A stretch of 48,816 nucleotides of DNA, counting the filler, from Sphacelaria rigidula (taxonomy: Eukaryota): assembly GCA_964200075.2 (NCBI GenBank). It is 2 parts of 2 records of this genome, joined end to end, with 100 filler letters (N's around TTAATTAATTAA, not from the genome) between each part and the next. Parts side by side here need not be neighbours in the genome. Positions count along the whole stretch, not along the records: positions 1 to 24,365 come from CAXNAA020000207.1; positions 24,466 to 48,816 come from CAXNAA020000208.1. One strand, given 5' to 3'. Position numbers and translations under genes: made by a program. This document shows positions 22,565 to 33,300 of this stretch, piece by piece (position 1 is the first letter of the stretch; every line of letters starts with the position of its first letter). The notes beneath the pieces are model-generated. The model was not told where the DNA came from, did not search any database, and was given only the letters and a program-made list of their open reading frames with translations.

Positions 22565-23430
22565 GCTGCCGGAGTTGACGTGTTGAGATGGAGAAGAAGG
22601 GTGCAGGGCTTGCTATTGGGGGAGTCAGTCGAGGTTGGTACCCGTTGTCCCCCTGTTATTGCACGCGTGAGAGGGTAGGTGGGGATAGCAGAGGGCTGGC
22701 TGGTGGCTAAAATGGAGGTTGGGATTTGGTGGTGCCGTACGGAAGGTACTCCGTATGCGACCCACAATGGAATACTGCATGGCGGGCGGAATTGATGTAT
22801 GGAGATGGGGAAGGAGAGGGTATATAGGGCTTGCTTACTGAGGAGGTAGAGGTGGGATCTGTTGTTACCCTGGTGATGTGCACATGAGAGGGCAGGTGGG
22901 GATGGAAAAACGCTGGCTCGTGAAGGAAGTCGAGGTTTTCTTTGTGTGGCGCCGTCAGTGAGGAACTCCATACATGGCCTATAGTATGCCGCGTGGCGGG
23001 CGGAATGGACTTCTAAGGGTGGGAAAAAGGGGAAGATACAGGGCTTGCTCGTGAGGGAAGTCCAAGTTGGGATGCGTTGTCACCGTGGTAGTGCACGCGT
23101 GGGAGGGTAGGTGGGGAAGGAAGAGGGCTGGCTTGTGGGGGGGGGAGATTGAGATTAATTGGCGCCGCGATTGAGGTACTACGAGTATGACCTAGGATAT
23201 GCCGCGTGGCGGGCGGCGTTGATGCATGGAAGTGGGGAAGGGGGGGGGCAGAGCTTGCTTTTTGGGGGAGTCGAGGTTGGGATAAATCGTGGAGGAAATC
23301 AACGTTGGGAATTGGTGACGCCGTGAGTGAGATACTTCATATGTGACCCACCATGGTATGCCGCGTGGCGGGGAGGATTGACGTCTGGAGGTGAGGAAGG
23401 GGGGAAAATGCTGCTTGCTTGTTTGGAGAG
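22565..23430 (+). repeat. Diverged G-rich tandem repeat, ~215-bp unit, ~4 copies
   Basis: GCAC..GAGGG(T/C)AGGTGGGGA at 22661, 22880 and 23093; GGCGGG(C/A)GG at ~22781, 22996, 23207 and 23367. Confidence 0.8.
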
Positions 23431-23885
23431 CAATCTATTTTTCAAAACCTATCGTTGGCGCCCCTGGCTGTCTATAGGTGCTCCCGGGAGCAATCGATTG
23501 TTGACGGCAATGCCCATATTGGTAGATACCAAAAAATGCATTGTTGGCGGCAGAGGCTACCGATAGACGGCTCACAAATCCATTGATGGCGGTAATAGGT
23601 ATTGATGGATAAGTCACTTAATCTATTGACGACGGCAATGACTATCGATGGATGGCTCACCAAACCTATTGATTACGGCAATGGCTATCGATGTATACAA
23701 CCCAGAATCTATTGCGGTACACGATGCCCATCGATGGCGAGTGATCTTTCTCTATTGCAGTTGCCAGAGGCTATCGACCGACTATTACAACATCTATTGT
23801 CCCTTGCAATACATATCGATAGATGCGTTTCACTATCTATCGTGTTTGATAATATTTATCGATATATTTTTCCCCCGTGTCTACT
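23430..23885. repeat. ATCGAT/CTATCGAT-rich low-complexity repeat block
   Basis: Many ATCGAT, CTATTGA and GGCAATG motifs at short irregular spacing. Confidence 0.6.
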
Positions 23886-23899
23886 GCTGAAGCAATGAA

Positions 23900-24320
23900 C
23901 TATTATTGTGTCCATTGTCCAGAGTGTGTATATCTTTCTTCTTTCTGGCAGGTCTAGGTCCCCCACCCGAGATCGTAGTTTCAGATTTTTTGCAGCGTCC
24001 ATTGGGTCACTCACGCAAATATGCTTTCATCCCTATCCCCTCTCTCAACCACCCGTATATCTCCAGGTGTTCTTCCTCGTCTACTTTGCGTCTGAGCGCT
24101 CCTTTTCCCCTTATTTCAATAATATCTCTTACTTTTGCCTCGTACCCCGCGCCTTCATCTATGGACAGTATTTCGTCTTGGCTTCCGCCTATCTCCTTCC
24201 ACACTTGCTCGACTTCTTTATCCCACCTTACTCCAGCCTGTCCTTTCATAATCTTCTTCCATACTGCCCTATCAACTATAGCTGGCAACCTCTTTCTCTG
24301 CATAACAACAAATTGTGCGA
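23900..24320 (-). mobile_element. LINE 3' fragment, same family as 11900-13970
   Basis: RLPAIVDRAVWKK..GQAGVRWD..EEHLEIYGWLREGIGMKAYL aligns with the decayed 13220-13590 segment. Confidence 0.8.
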
Positions 24321-24365
24321 ATTAAGGTTTAACTCCGAGATAAGGTTCGAGCCTAAAACAGTGCT

Positions 24366-24465
24366 NNNNNNNNNNNNNNNNNNNNNNNNNNNNNNNNNNN
24401 NNNNNNNNNTTAATTAATTAANNNNNNNNNNNNNNNNNNNNNNNNNNNNNNNNNNNNNNNNNNNN
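24366..24465. other. Artificial assembly gap linker (44 N + TTAATTAATTAA + 44 N)
   Basis: Exactly 100 bp, with a six-frame stop palindrome at 24410-24421. Confidence 0.95.
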
Positions 24466-24509
24466 TACCAATGTACCGCGCAGATATCGGGGCGGCTTTT
24501 AATGTGAAG

Positions 24510-24510
<1 letters not shown>

Positions 24511-24540
<30 letters not shown>
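24511..24540 (+). repeat. (CAA)n microsatellite
   Basis: Direct reading. Confidence 0.9.
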
Positions 24541-24542
<2 letters not shown>

Positions 24543-25549
24543 ACCGAAATGTTGTGGTCGTACGGGAAAACCCAATTTCGGGGAATTTCGGCGATCCGAT
24601 CGGATCACCTGAATTCCCCGAAATTGTTTCTTCATTTGGGATCCCAATATTTCGGTTATTGACATCCAAATTTTTAGGACATGTAGCAGTTATAATTAGC
24701 TACCAGTAGTAGGTAAAGGAATGGAACCATATTTCGAAGATTTAGTGTCGATACGAAGATTTTAATCCTCCGGGTTCTCATCCTCAATGAAAATCTCCAT
24801 CCTCAACATAGATGAACGGCTGTTTGGGAACGAAATACCCTGCCGAGGGTAGTTTATCCTCGAGAGGATGAAAATCGCGATAGACGATTTTTATGTGGGT
24901 AGCCGAATGGCCGCGTGTGCGCGTGTGCAACAACAGCACGACCACTGCTGCCGACACACACACCATCGGGGGTTGTGAATGCAGTAGCTTACTCCACCGT
25001 TCGGTGCGATGCCGCTATGTTGCCCGCAGTGGATGCGCTGGTGATGCATCTCTCTCCAAACAGACAACGAGTTCGCCATCAAAACCGCCGGGCGGCCACA
25101 CAGCTGCGCCATCATTTCAACAGCGCCGCGGCACCTTCGTGCCAAACTTCTCTCTTCTGCGCGCTCTGATATTATATTGTCTATACACATCAATACCCTT
25201 TAATGTTTTTTCAATGCGAGGCGTTATACAAGTGACGACTGAAAAAAAAGTGGGTCCTACACTTTAATCAAGTTGTTGTGCGCATCAATGCACGGGTTAC
25301 TCTATGGGCGCGTCGCCAGTTTGCGTGTTGGTGGGGTGTTCAGATCATCGCATGTTTTGTGTTTCGCAGTCACACTGGACCACATCTTGGATCGGTTCCT
25401 GGTTGTCGTACACTCTGTGACTTCAATTTTTCAACACGGGATTCCTTAAAGTACGAATGTTTTTTCTTTGGGGTGAACCTCGGTCTGTCGATAATATATT
25501 TCTGGGCACCTAGACCTCAAGATTGAAAAATTCGAGTTTTGAAGGGGGG

Positions 25550-25680
25550 GGGAGGGGGTGTACTCATGATCATGCATGTCATAGTCATCAGGTCATTAAC
25601 CTCGCAACCCCAAAAAAGCCGGGACGGAGCACGCCGAGTTTCCGCCGGACCGGACTCGCACTCAATCACCAAGCGCGAGG
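25550..25680 (+). repeat. Dispersed repeat, homologous to 11752-11880
   Basis: Same shared core as 11752-11880. Confidence 0.65.
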
Positions 25681-27717
25681 GAGGGGGGAGGGGGCAGGGG
25701 TGGACGCACCCACCCTGACACCCAGCCTCACCCTGACACCCAGCCTCTTGTCCCCTGTAGTTTTTTGCCGAGGCGTTGTTGGCGAATGCGGTCAGCTGCC
25801 GTGTACAGAGATCCTTGGCATGCACACCGCTGAGATGACGGACATACCACCCCTCCAAGCTCGTCACCTACTATGATAACATTTATGAGATCGTGTTCCG
25901 TGTCATGTGTCTCGACTACCCACCACTAATAGTCATCCGGGCAAATTTCGCGAGGCGTGAGATAATGTTGCTGCTTTGGCTACAGACTGTTGTCGCTACC
26001 ATGCGCTCGTGTATTGTACATAAATATGTGTAAGCGTTGCCGTCATCCGAGGTCATCGGGACAGGGCGGGCAAGGAGCAGAAGCAAATATACGAACCTCG
26101 CAAAGCCCGCCAGACTTCTCGGTTTTTGTCGGTGATTGTTGATCATTTATTTTCAACAATTTCAACAAAAAATTCAAAAAAGCACAAAAAAATCACAAAA
26201 TAATGGCACAAGTCGAAAAAATTCTCTCCGGGAGGGGGGGCTCCGTGTCCGAAACGTTTATCTCAACAGAACCATAAACACCGAAATATTCTGGAAGATA
26301 AAATGCAAGTGCACTAGAGCTCTACCCGGTCGTGATGTGTGACCTCACTCATCCTGAACGAAAAAACTATTTCCAATTTGTTAGTATCGAGTTAACAGTG
26401 AATCTGAGTAGTTACAACAGCAGTTTTCTGTCTGGGAATATCCAAAGGTCGAAATTGTTCGATTTAACGGCATTGTATTAAATGCGGGTGGATTTGTTGT
26501 GTGGATGGACACAACGGCACAACACGGCGGGAGAGTGTACTAGCATTGTCATTCCGAACGATTTTCGATACTTTTTAAGGTTCTTCAGGTTCATCGTCAA
26601 AAAAAGATCCACCCTCACTTTTTTCAAATGCCGGGTTTCTGGCGTGAAGACGAAAAATAACGTGAAATAATGTGATGGTCAAGCAACACCGAGGGTCCTC
26701 CCCAATGTGGGGCGACCAAATACCTACAGGTGGATCATCTGGTCCCATTCCTATCCGACATCCTGACACCGGTTGAAGTACCAACTCTTCCGCAAAAGGC
26801 GTCTCGTTCACGACGCGTACTGGCGCATGGTTGCGCGTTTGCCGCTCGACGCTCCCGCCTGGTTCAGGTTCGGCTGTTGTAGTTGCTCTTCGAGCAGGCC
26901 TTTGACCGTCGAATCCATGAACGATTGATTGTTGGCTCGAAGGTCTGAGAACAATGAATAACTAAGGGTGCTGGAACGGAACAACGCCAGTATGACGCGG
27001 CAATGAATGCCTCCTGTCTCCAAGTCTGGGCGGCTATGTTTGTACGGGCCCTTGACCGAGTCCGATTTGATTTTTGTTTTTGTTGGTGCCTTCTTGAACA
27101 CGTTTTGGGTTCTAACGAAACATATTCTTGACAGTCGGCGCATGACCTACGCGGCCGAACAGCCGCTGAAAAACAGTCGATCCGAAAATGGCCGTATTTC
27201 ACCCCCTGTCCGGGACGAAGAAAAAAAAGTTGAAAAAAACGTTAAAACTCTTCTTTTTCAGAGGCTAGCTACGCCTTGTCCAACACCACTTTCCTCACGT
27301 CATAACTTGTGTGTAACACGAGAACGGCAAAAATCAGCAGAATCTGGCTAAATCGGGAATCGACGCGGCAAAAGTTGCGTCAATTTTGGCCAAATATTGT
27401 GCTCACAGCAAACTCTACTGAAGTATTGTTGGAGTTTTGCTCGTTCTATGAGCATCTCCATAATTTCGTCTCTTCACCGATCCTAGCTATGGCATCGTGA
27501 GCGCCTCCGTTCGGAAGATACGACCTGCACCCATCAACCACCCAGACGTGCGGGACAGAGGAAGTACGGATACAACTGCATACATCGACGAACAAATATG
27601 GTGGTCGCGCACATCATGAGGTTTTCACCGAGTGGAGGGGAATGATCCGAAAGCAGTAATCGCTGAGAAGCACTATATATTGTGCATAAGGGCAGTGCCC
27701 ACTCTCCTACATTCACA

Positions 27718-30350
27718 TCACTGGACAGTTGCATCTTTGTCCACCTCGGGATTAAAGTCTTCCTCTCGTATTGGAACAACAACCGTCCGTACGTCATCGC
27801 CTTCCCACCAAGGCAGCGACGCTGCACCCGCTACCACCTCCACCGCCCCCTGTCCCCCTACACTGTCACTCTCGTCATATACGTCACTTTTCTTCATATC
27901 TCGGTTCACAGGTTCCTGACTGCCAGCTGCAATCGTATTCCCCACGTCGGTTGCCAGTTCTCGCGCTTCAGTCGCAGCAACATTACCGCCGTTTTTCCCC
28001 CCAGAGTGTGCAAAAGTTCGTTGATCGCCTCCTCTATTCTGCATTATTCGAGTTGAATCTTCCCCTGCTGACTCATCGTCCGAAATAGGTATGCCCCCGA
28101 GGTTCAATGTGTTCAATGTGCTCCGCGGTGTCTCACGCTGTGCATACCCTTGAACCGCTCGTGTTGCTGCGGTATAGGAAACATCGCTGAGTGCGTTGTT
28201 CGAATCGCGATGTGCACAATTTAGCTGTGCTCTTGCCCATGCGATTGCCATGTCTGCGACGTGTTTCTGCAAATCATCGTGAGGAAACAAGGCCGCTTGA
28301 TACTGAGGACCCCAGTCATTTCCCTGCCTGCACGATGGAACCAAGAGAACGAAATGGTAGCATTTAGTATCCAGATACTGTCGAAGCGCTACTCATGTTT
28401 AGTTAAGATGGCAGCGCAACGACGAAATCACCGTAACAAAGCATGAGTACGCAATCGATCTTCTTTGAGGGTTTGTTCCATCATAGTCCTAGCGATAAAG
28501 TTCATCGCCCAAATAAGCGACGGTATATTCCAAGCATAATCGCACATCACCGACAATATTCGCCAGTTTCATGAAGTGTGAATGAAGATGAGAAGCTGTC
28601 CGTTCGACAAGCCTTTCCATTTTACGTCGAACCATGATCACGTCCGCATGCAAGACTATTTTCTATGGAGACCAATCCAGAATCTGGCAGGGCCCCAATC
28701 TGTGCCACCTCGGGGGGATTCAGGTTCGCAAAACCCAGATCCGTGTGTACCCCATTATGGCTTCACAGATTTGTTGGAATAGTTCAGTACACGGAGGGTC
28801 ATTTTCTGCAGGGATGTTGTATCACGGTGAAGCCGAAGAACAGGCAAGCAGCGAAGCATCCCTCAAGAGCAGCGCCGTACCGTAGTACCCTAGTGAACAG
28901 TGCAGTGCAGTACACCCTACCACCACAGAACACGATAATGCATTGTGGCAATACATTATGGTACAGTCGGTTTTGCGAGAACAGTGCACAGTGTGCGAGA
29001 AGAGTTCACGAGTGCAGTGCCATTCATCACCGTCAACACTACTTATCCGCTTGTCGAACCCCGTGCGAAGCTGCTCCAGCAACCGGCGCTGGCAGGCACT
29101 ATTACGAGACTGTCTGCTGCTGCGATTGCAAAAATATCAAACATCTGTTGTCCTGTCACCGTACTTCACTGTGCGCACGTCACTTCCTACAGATTCGGGA
29201 GACCTCGACTTTTCCATAATCTGCGCTCAGATTCGGGGAAACCCGTTCCCAAATCGTAACAGACGAGTCTGAGCTTCCCCGATTTGAGCCAAATTGGGGG
29301 CCATAATAGGCGTTTCCCGATTTGAGTTGCCTCGATCTGCGTACAGATCGAGTTTTGTGACTGCCGTAAAACATGGTCTAACTCTTTGATAACTCTTCGT
29401 GAATGGGACCCCAAATAAGCGTTTAGGGGGCAATATCACGCAGCAAAAGCACAAACCGCCCGAACAACGCACAACAAGTACATTCCGGGAACCAGCGTTG
29501 TGTCTCGCGAGATTTTGAGACACGGCGACATCTACCAAACCTGGGCATAGATCAAAACGTTCCACATGGCCATAACAACAACAGGGAGATATGATACTAG
29601 GTGGTAATCCAAGAGCGGTTGTACACGGCTTATCAGAGCCATGTTGCTGAATACTTGAGCTCTCACTGTACCGCATTCTCACCTGTCGCCGGTAGTGGGG
29701 TCGTGCATGTCGAAAAACCGCCGCGTCAGGGACTCGTACGAAACGACAACAGGATCAAAACCCACCCTCACTGCTTCTATGCGTCCTGCAAGGCCAGCGC
29801 AACAAGGAATGGAAATCGATTTAAATGGACTTCGGCGTGGATTTCAGTGTTGCGATTCGGAAACCTGGACACGCGTTTCGTGTGGATGTAGTGGGAACAC
29901 GGGGGATATGGTATCTCTCCACATAACTTCGATCACCCATGCGTTGATATTGCCTCAGCCGGATGCATGAAGGTAAGGGCAGGCGAAGAATGGTATCAAA
30001 GCTATAGCTCGTCATCATTGTCAATTGGACGGTTCGTACAATGGACAAGCGCAAGGGAATGTAACATTTGCCTTCAAAAGTTGTCAAGGGCGACTTTTCA
30101 ACAACCTCGGAGCACTACGTTCGTGACTAAGTGGGAGCCTCAAAGTCAGTAACACATTCTCGGGACAAACAGAACTCGGTTTGCGATGACCAACAAGCGC
30201 TTTCCCTGGGACGCATGGAACATTGCTCGATAACCTTGGGCTCACCGACATAGCCACAGTAGGCCTCATGAACTCCTGCAGAGGATAGCATGTCGTCTCG
30301 CACGTGCCAGAAGCATCCGCCAGCAAAGGTTGCTGTTTCTAGCTCGATAG
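27718..30350 (-). CDS. msrA: MsrA (PMSR) domain exons 30350-30246, 29785-29683, 28327-27718
   Basis: [11 protein letters not shown] (catalytic GCFW), [25 protein letters not shown] and [15 protein letters not shown]; canonical AG/GT boundaries, in phase with the MsrB exons. Confidence 0.88.
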
Positions 30351-33300
30351 CTGCCACATGCGAAAGAAAAGGAATCGTGCTTTGAGCAAGCAAATGCTCT
30401 TATCCACCGTTGACTGAACGGTCGACGAGGGAAAGGGACTGCTGAACCTCTCTCGCGATAAAAAATAAAAGAAAGCACCGCAGAAGGAAGGTGAAGAATC
30501 AAAACAAATAAAAAAGAAAACGAATCGTGTGTTGATCTTCCTCCTGTATGATCCCGGCTGGTGCACCCACATATTCCGAAAGGTGTAGACTGGCGTCCAG
30601 AATAGATGGGATGACAACACACACACCGTTGAACTATACTTGGTCTGATCCACACTGAAAGAAACCGAGCGGATCCATTGTGAATGCCCGCGATACCTCG
30701 AAAAAGGGGGTTTGAAGTTGCATTCACGCGGTCGCACTGGAAGAATCGCTGCGCTTCACTCTACCTTGCAAGGCTTGACCAAAGGAACCCAGGTCCTCTA
30801 CAGAAACGGTCGGCCGATGAATAGGTCGACATTCCAATGGGAGTGAAACCCGTGGAGGAACGTACTTAAGCGCAGATCGGTTGATGCAAAATCTGCGTGC
30901 ACGGCAAGAGACCAGAGCAAACACATGGGCCGCACGCGAGGAGAACAGGGTAGATTCTCTCACTTGGGATCATTTCCGCCCGAGAAGTACGCAGATCAAC
31001 ATGGATAGCGAAGTGAGCGGGGTCAGTAGAATTCATGACGCTGGCAAAATGTGAAGTACCCCCTCACATTCGTGAGTAGTGATTTGTCATCACTGCTAAC
31101 GTGATATTATTGCATGAGTAAAGGGTGACGCCGAGGTACATGTGCCGGAAACTCACAGGTTTCTACATGACCTTGTCACTGCCGGGCACAGGAGAGGTCA
31201 GCCAGGCAAGAAGACGAAAGCAGATTCTGTGTAAGACAATCGGCATCTTACCCTTGGAAAGCTGCTGACGGTTACAACATGCTTGGCGTTCACAGGTGCG
31301 CACCCTGCTTCGTGGCTGTTATACCTCTGAACATTGGGACCTGGACCGTCGTTAAACACATGCCCCAGGTGAGCCCCGCTCCTTGCGCACAAAACCTCCG
31401 TACGCCTCAATGGCCCTTCCTCCTCCCGTAAGATCTGAAAATGACAAGGCGGCCAAGATCGGACGCAGCAACGTCTTCCAGATCACGGACGATATCCTCA
31501 CTTTCGGTAGTTTCGATCTTTAAAACGGAGTATTCAGTCAACGCATCTCCAGAAGTACTGGGGATCTTTCTGATGGCAACAAGATCCCATTTCCACAGTG
31601 GAAATCCGAAGATGCAAGCATTTCGGACGAAGTCACAAACATGTCCACTAGTGACCACGAACGAGTAAGGAGCATGAGACTGACTTCAGTCATTAACATG
31701 TGTCATGGGTTTCCGGGTATTGGCGGTCGAAACAAAGTAGACGCCGCATGGTCTTCTCAGAAGTGGGGAGTCTGGGTTGCATCAACTGACTAGGAATGTT
31801 ACGGTAAAAATACGGATGTGCGGGGGGGAAACGGACGAAAAGAGCCAAAATTCACCGAATAGTGAACGTTGCAGCCAATGGGTCTGTCGAGTTCTCGAAA
31901 ACTCGATTACTTTAAGGGGTTTCAGCGCCTACCGTGACTACGGTATAATATTTTTCAACAACTGCAGGAGGGCGGTGGCGTGCAGGCATCGCCGGTGCGC
32001 CATATGACACAATACGCGACGTGTTGAGCAGAAGAGATTCGCCACAACAGTGTGGGCGTCAGCGCTGTATTGTACTGTTTGGATGTGAATCAAATCCAAA
32101 ACTGATGTAGTTGTTATGCAAACGTGGACGGGTAGTGCAGTACAGGAGCAGGCATGGCTGGGGGGCGACGCGGTAGAGCCGAGCTATACTCTTGCGCAAT
32201 GAGGGGAACGACTCGATATACCGTGGTGATTTCTTTCTTGACTCAATCAAGAAGGCGCCAAGAAGCGCTGAAGCTCGAACTCTGTCTGCGTAGGTCATCT
32301 GGTAAGCTTCTGGGATCGGCGGCAAACCTATCGACTCTCTGAAAGTTCCTATCGTATTGGATCTTCAAAAAGGTACAAGTGTCCATGAGGCGACGGGTAT
32401 ATCTCTCTACTCCCACCGCCCCGCCGCCCGTAGCCTGTACAGAGGACAAGGATAGGACCTGAAGGTCTCTTTCGTTTGACCTCCCGCATACAGGGAATGG
32501 CATCCACCACTTTGGCGAGAGTGGTGTCTCAAGAGCTCTTGAGCGTCGAATACACACCTTATGTGAAATAATATTTTGCCGGAGATTTTGCCGGAGAGAT
32601 GGCATTTGCCAACTTATTTTTGAAACATGTGTCGACTTCAGGAGGGCAGTGAAACATGGAATAAAGACAGCCACACACAATGACATCACTGCAGAGCACC
32701 TCCTTGGGGGGCATGTAAGTCAAGCTTCTCCCAGCGAAGGCCCTCAAGATAATGTCGAGGAAAACTGCAGGACACACGATGGCGAACACTGGAGGACACA
32801 CGATTGCGCAATGTTTTTGTGGCAAGGCTGTACCTCATGCAGATATATCTCTTCTCAATGCACACCGCGTTGGCGCTACTCTTTATAAGTGACTATTCGA
32901 ACAAACGGAAGTCACCGGCTTCATAGGTACGGGTAGGTATGTAGTAATTGATCTGAAATTGGGCTGTTTTTCGTTGTTTTCGACCATCCTTGTACGGGTT
33001 ATATTCAGGATTTTTGGTGGATACACGTACGCTACCCAAGCCATATTTTCCGCAGAGAACTGAAACAAATGCATTCTTTGGGTATTTCGTTGTGTAGGCC
33101 TAGTCTGGGCTTCATTTCCCTTCATCAGCTTACTACAGCCCGGGACAGAAGCAGCAAGGCAGCTAGAAAAATGATATGCAGCCAGCATCGATAATATTTT
33201 CACAAGCACAGTCATGAAACAAGCGTACGATCTACCTTCGAAAGGAGGCGGCGCTTTAGCACACGGGGTTGCACATGCAAGAGGTATACATGTTTTTGTC

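Noticed and set aside
22565-23430. CRISPR-like array
   Set aside because: Whole units are homologous with no unique spacers, no cas genes are present, and the context is eukaryotic
24410-24421. Biological palindrome TTAATTAATTAA
   Set aside because: Centred in a symmetric N gap; assembly linker
14509-27718. Functional clustering of the aminopeptidase with Msr (protein quality control)
   Set aside because: Convergent genes 13 kb apart across an assembly gap; no evidence of co-regulation
27673-27720. Selenocysteine read-through of the Msr TGA stop (would give Q-U-C-E-C)
   Set aside because: Tempting because Sec-containing Msr enzymes exist in algae, but both catalytic sites are already Cys codons and I found no convincing SECIS stem in the 3' region; SECISearch3 would settle it
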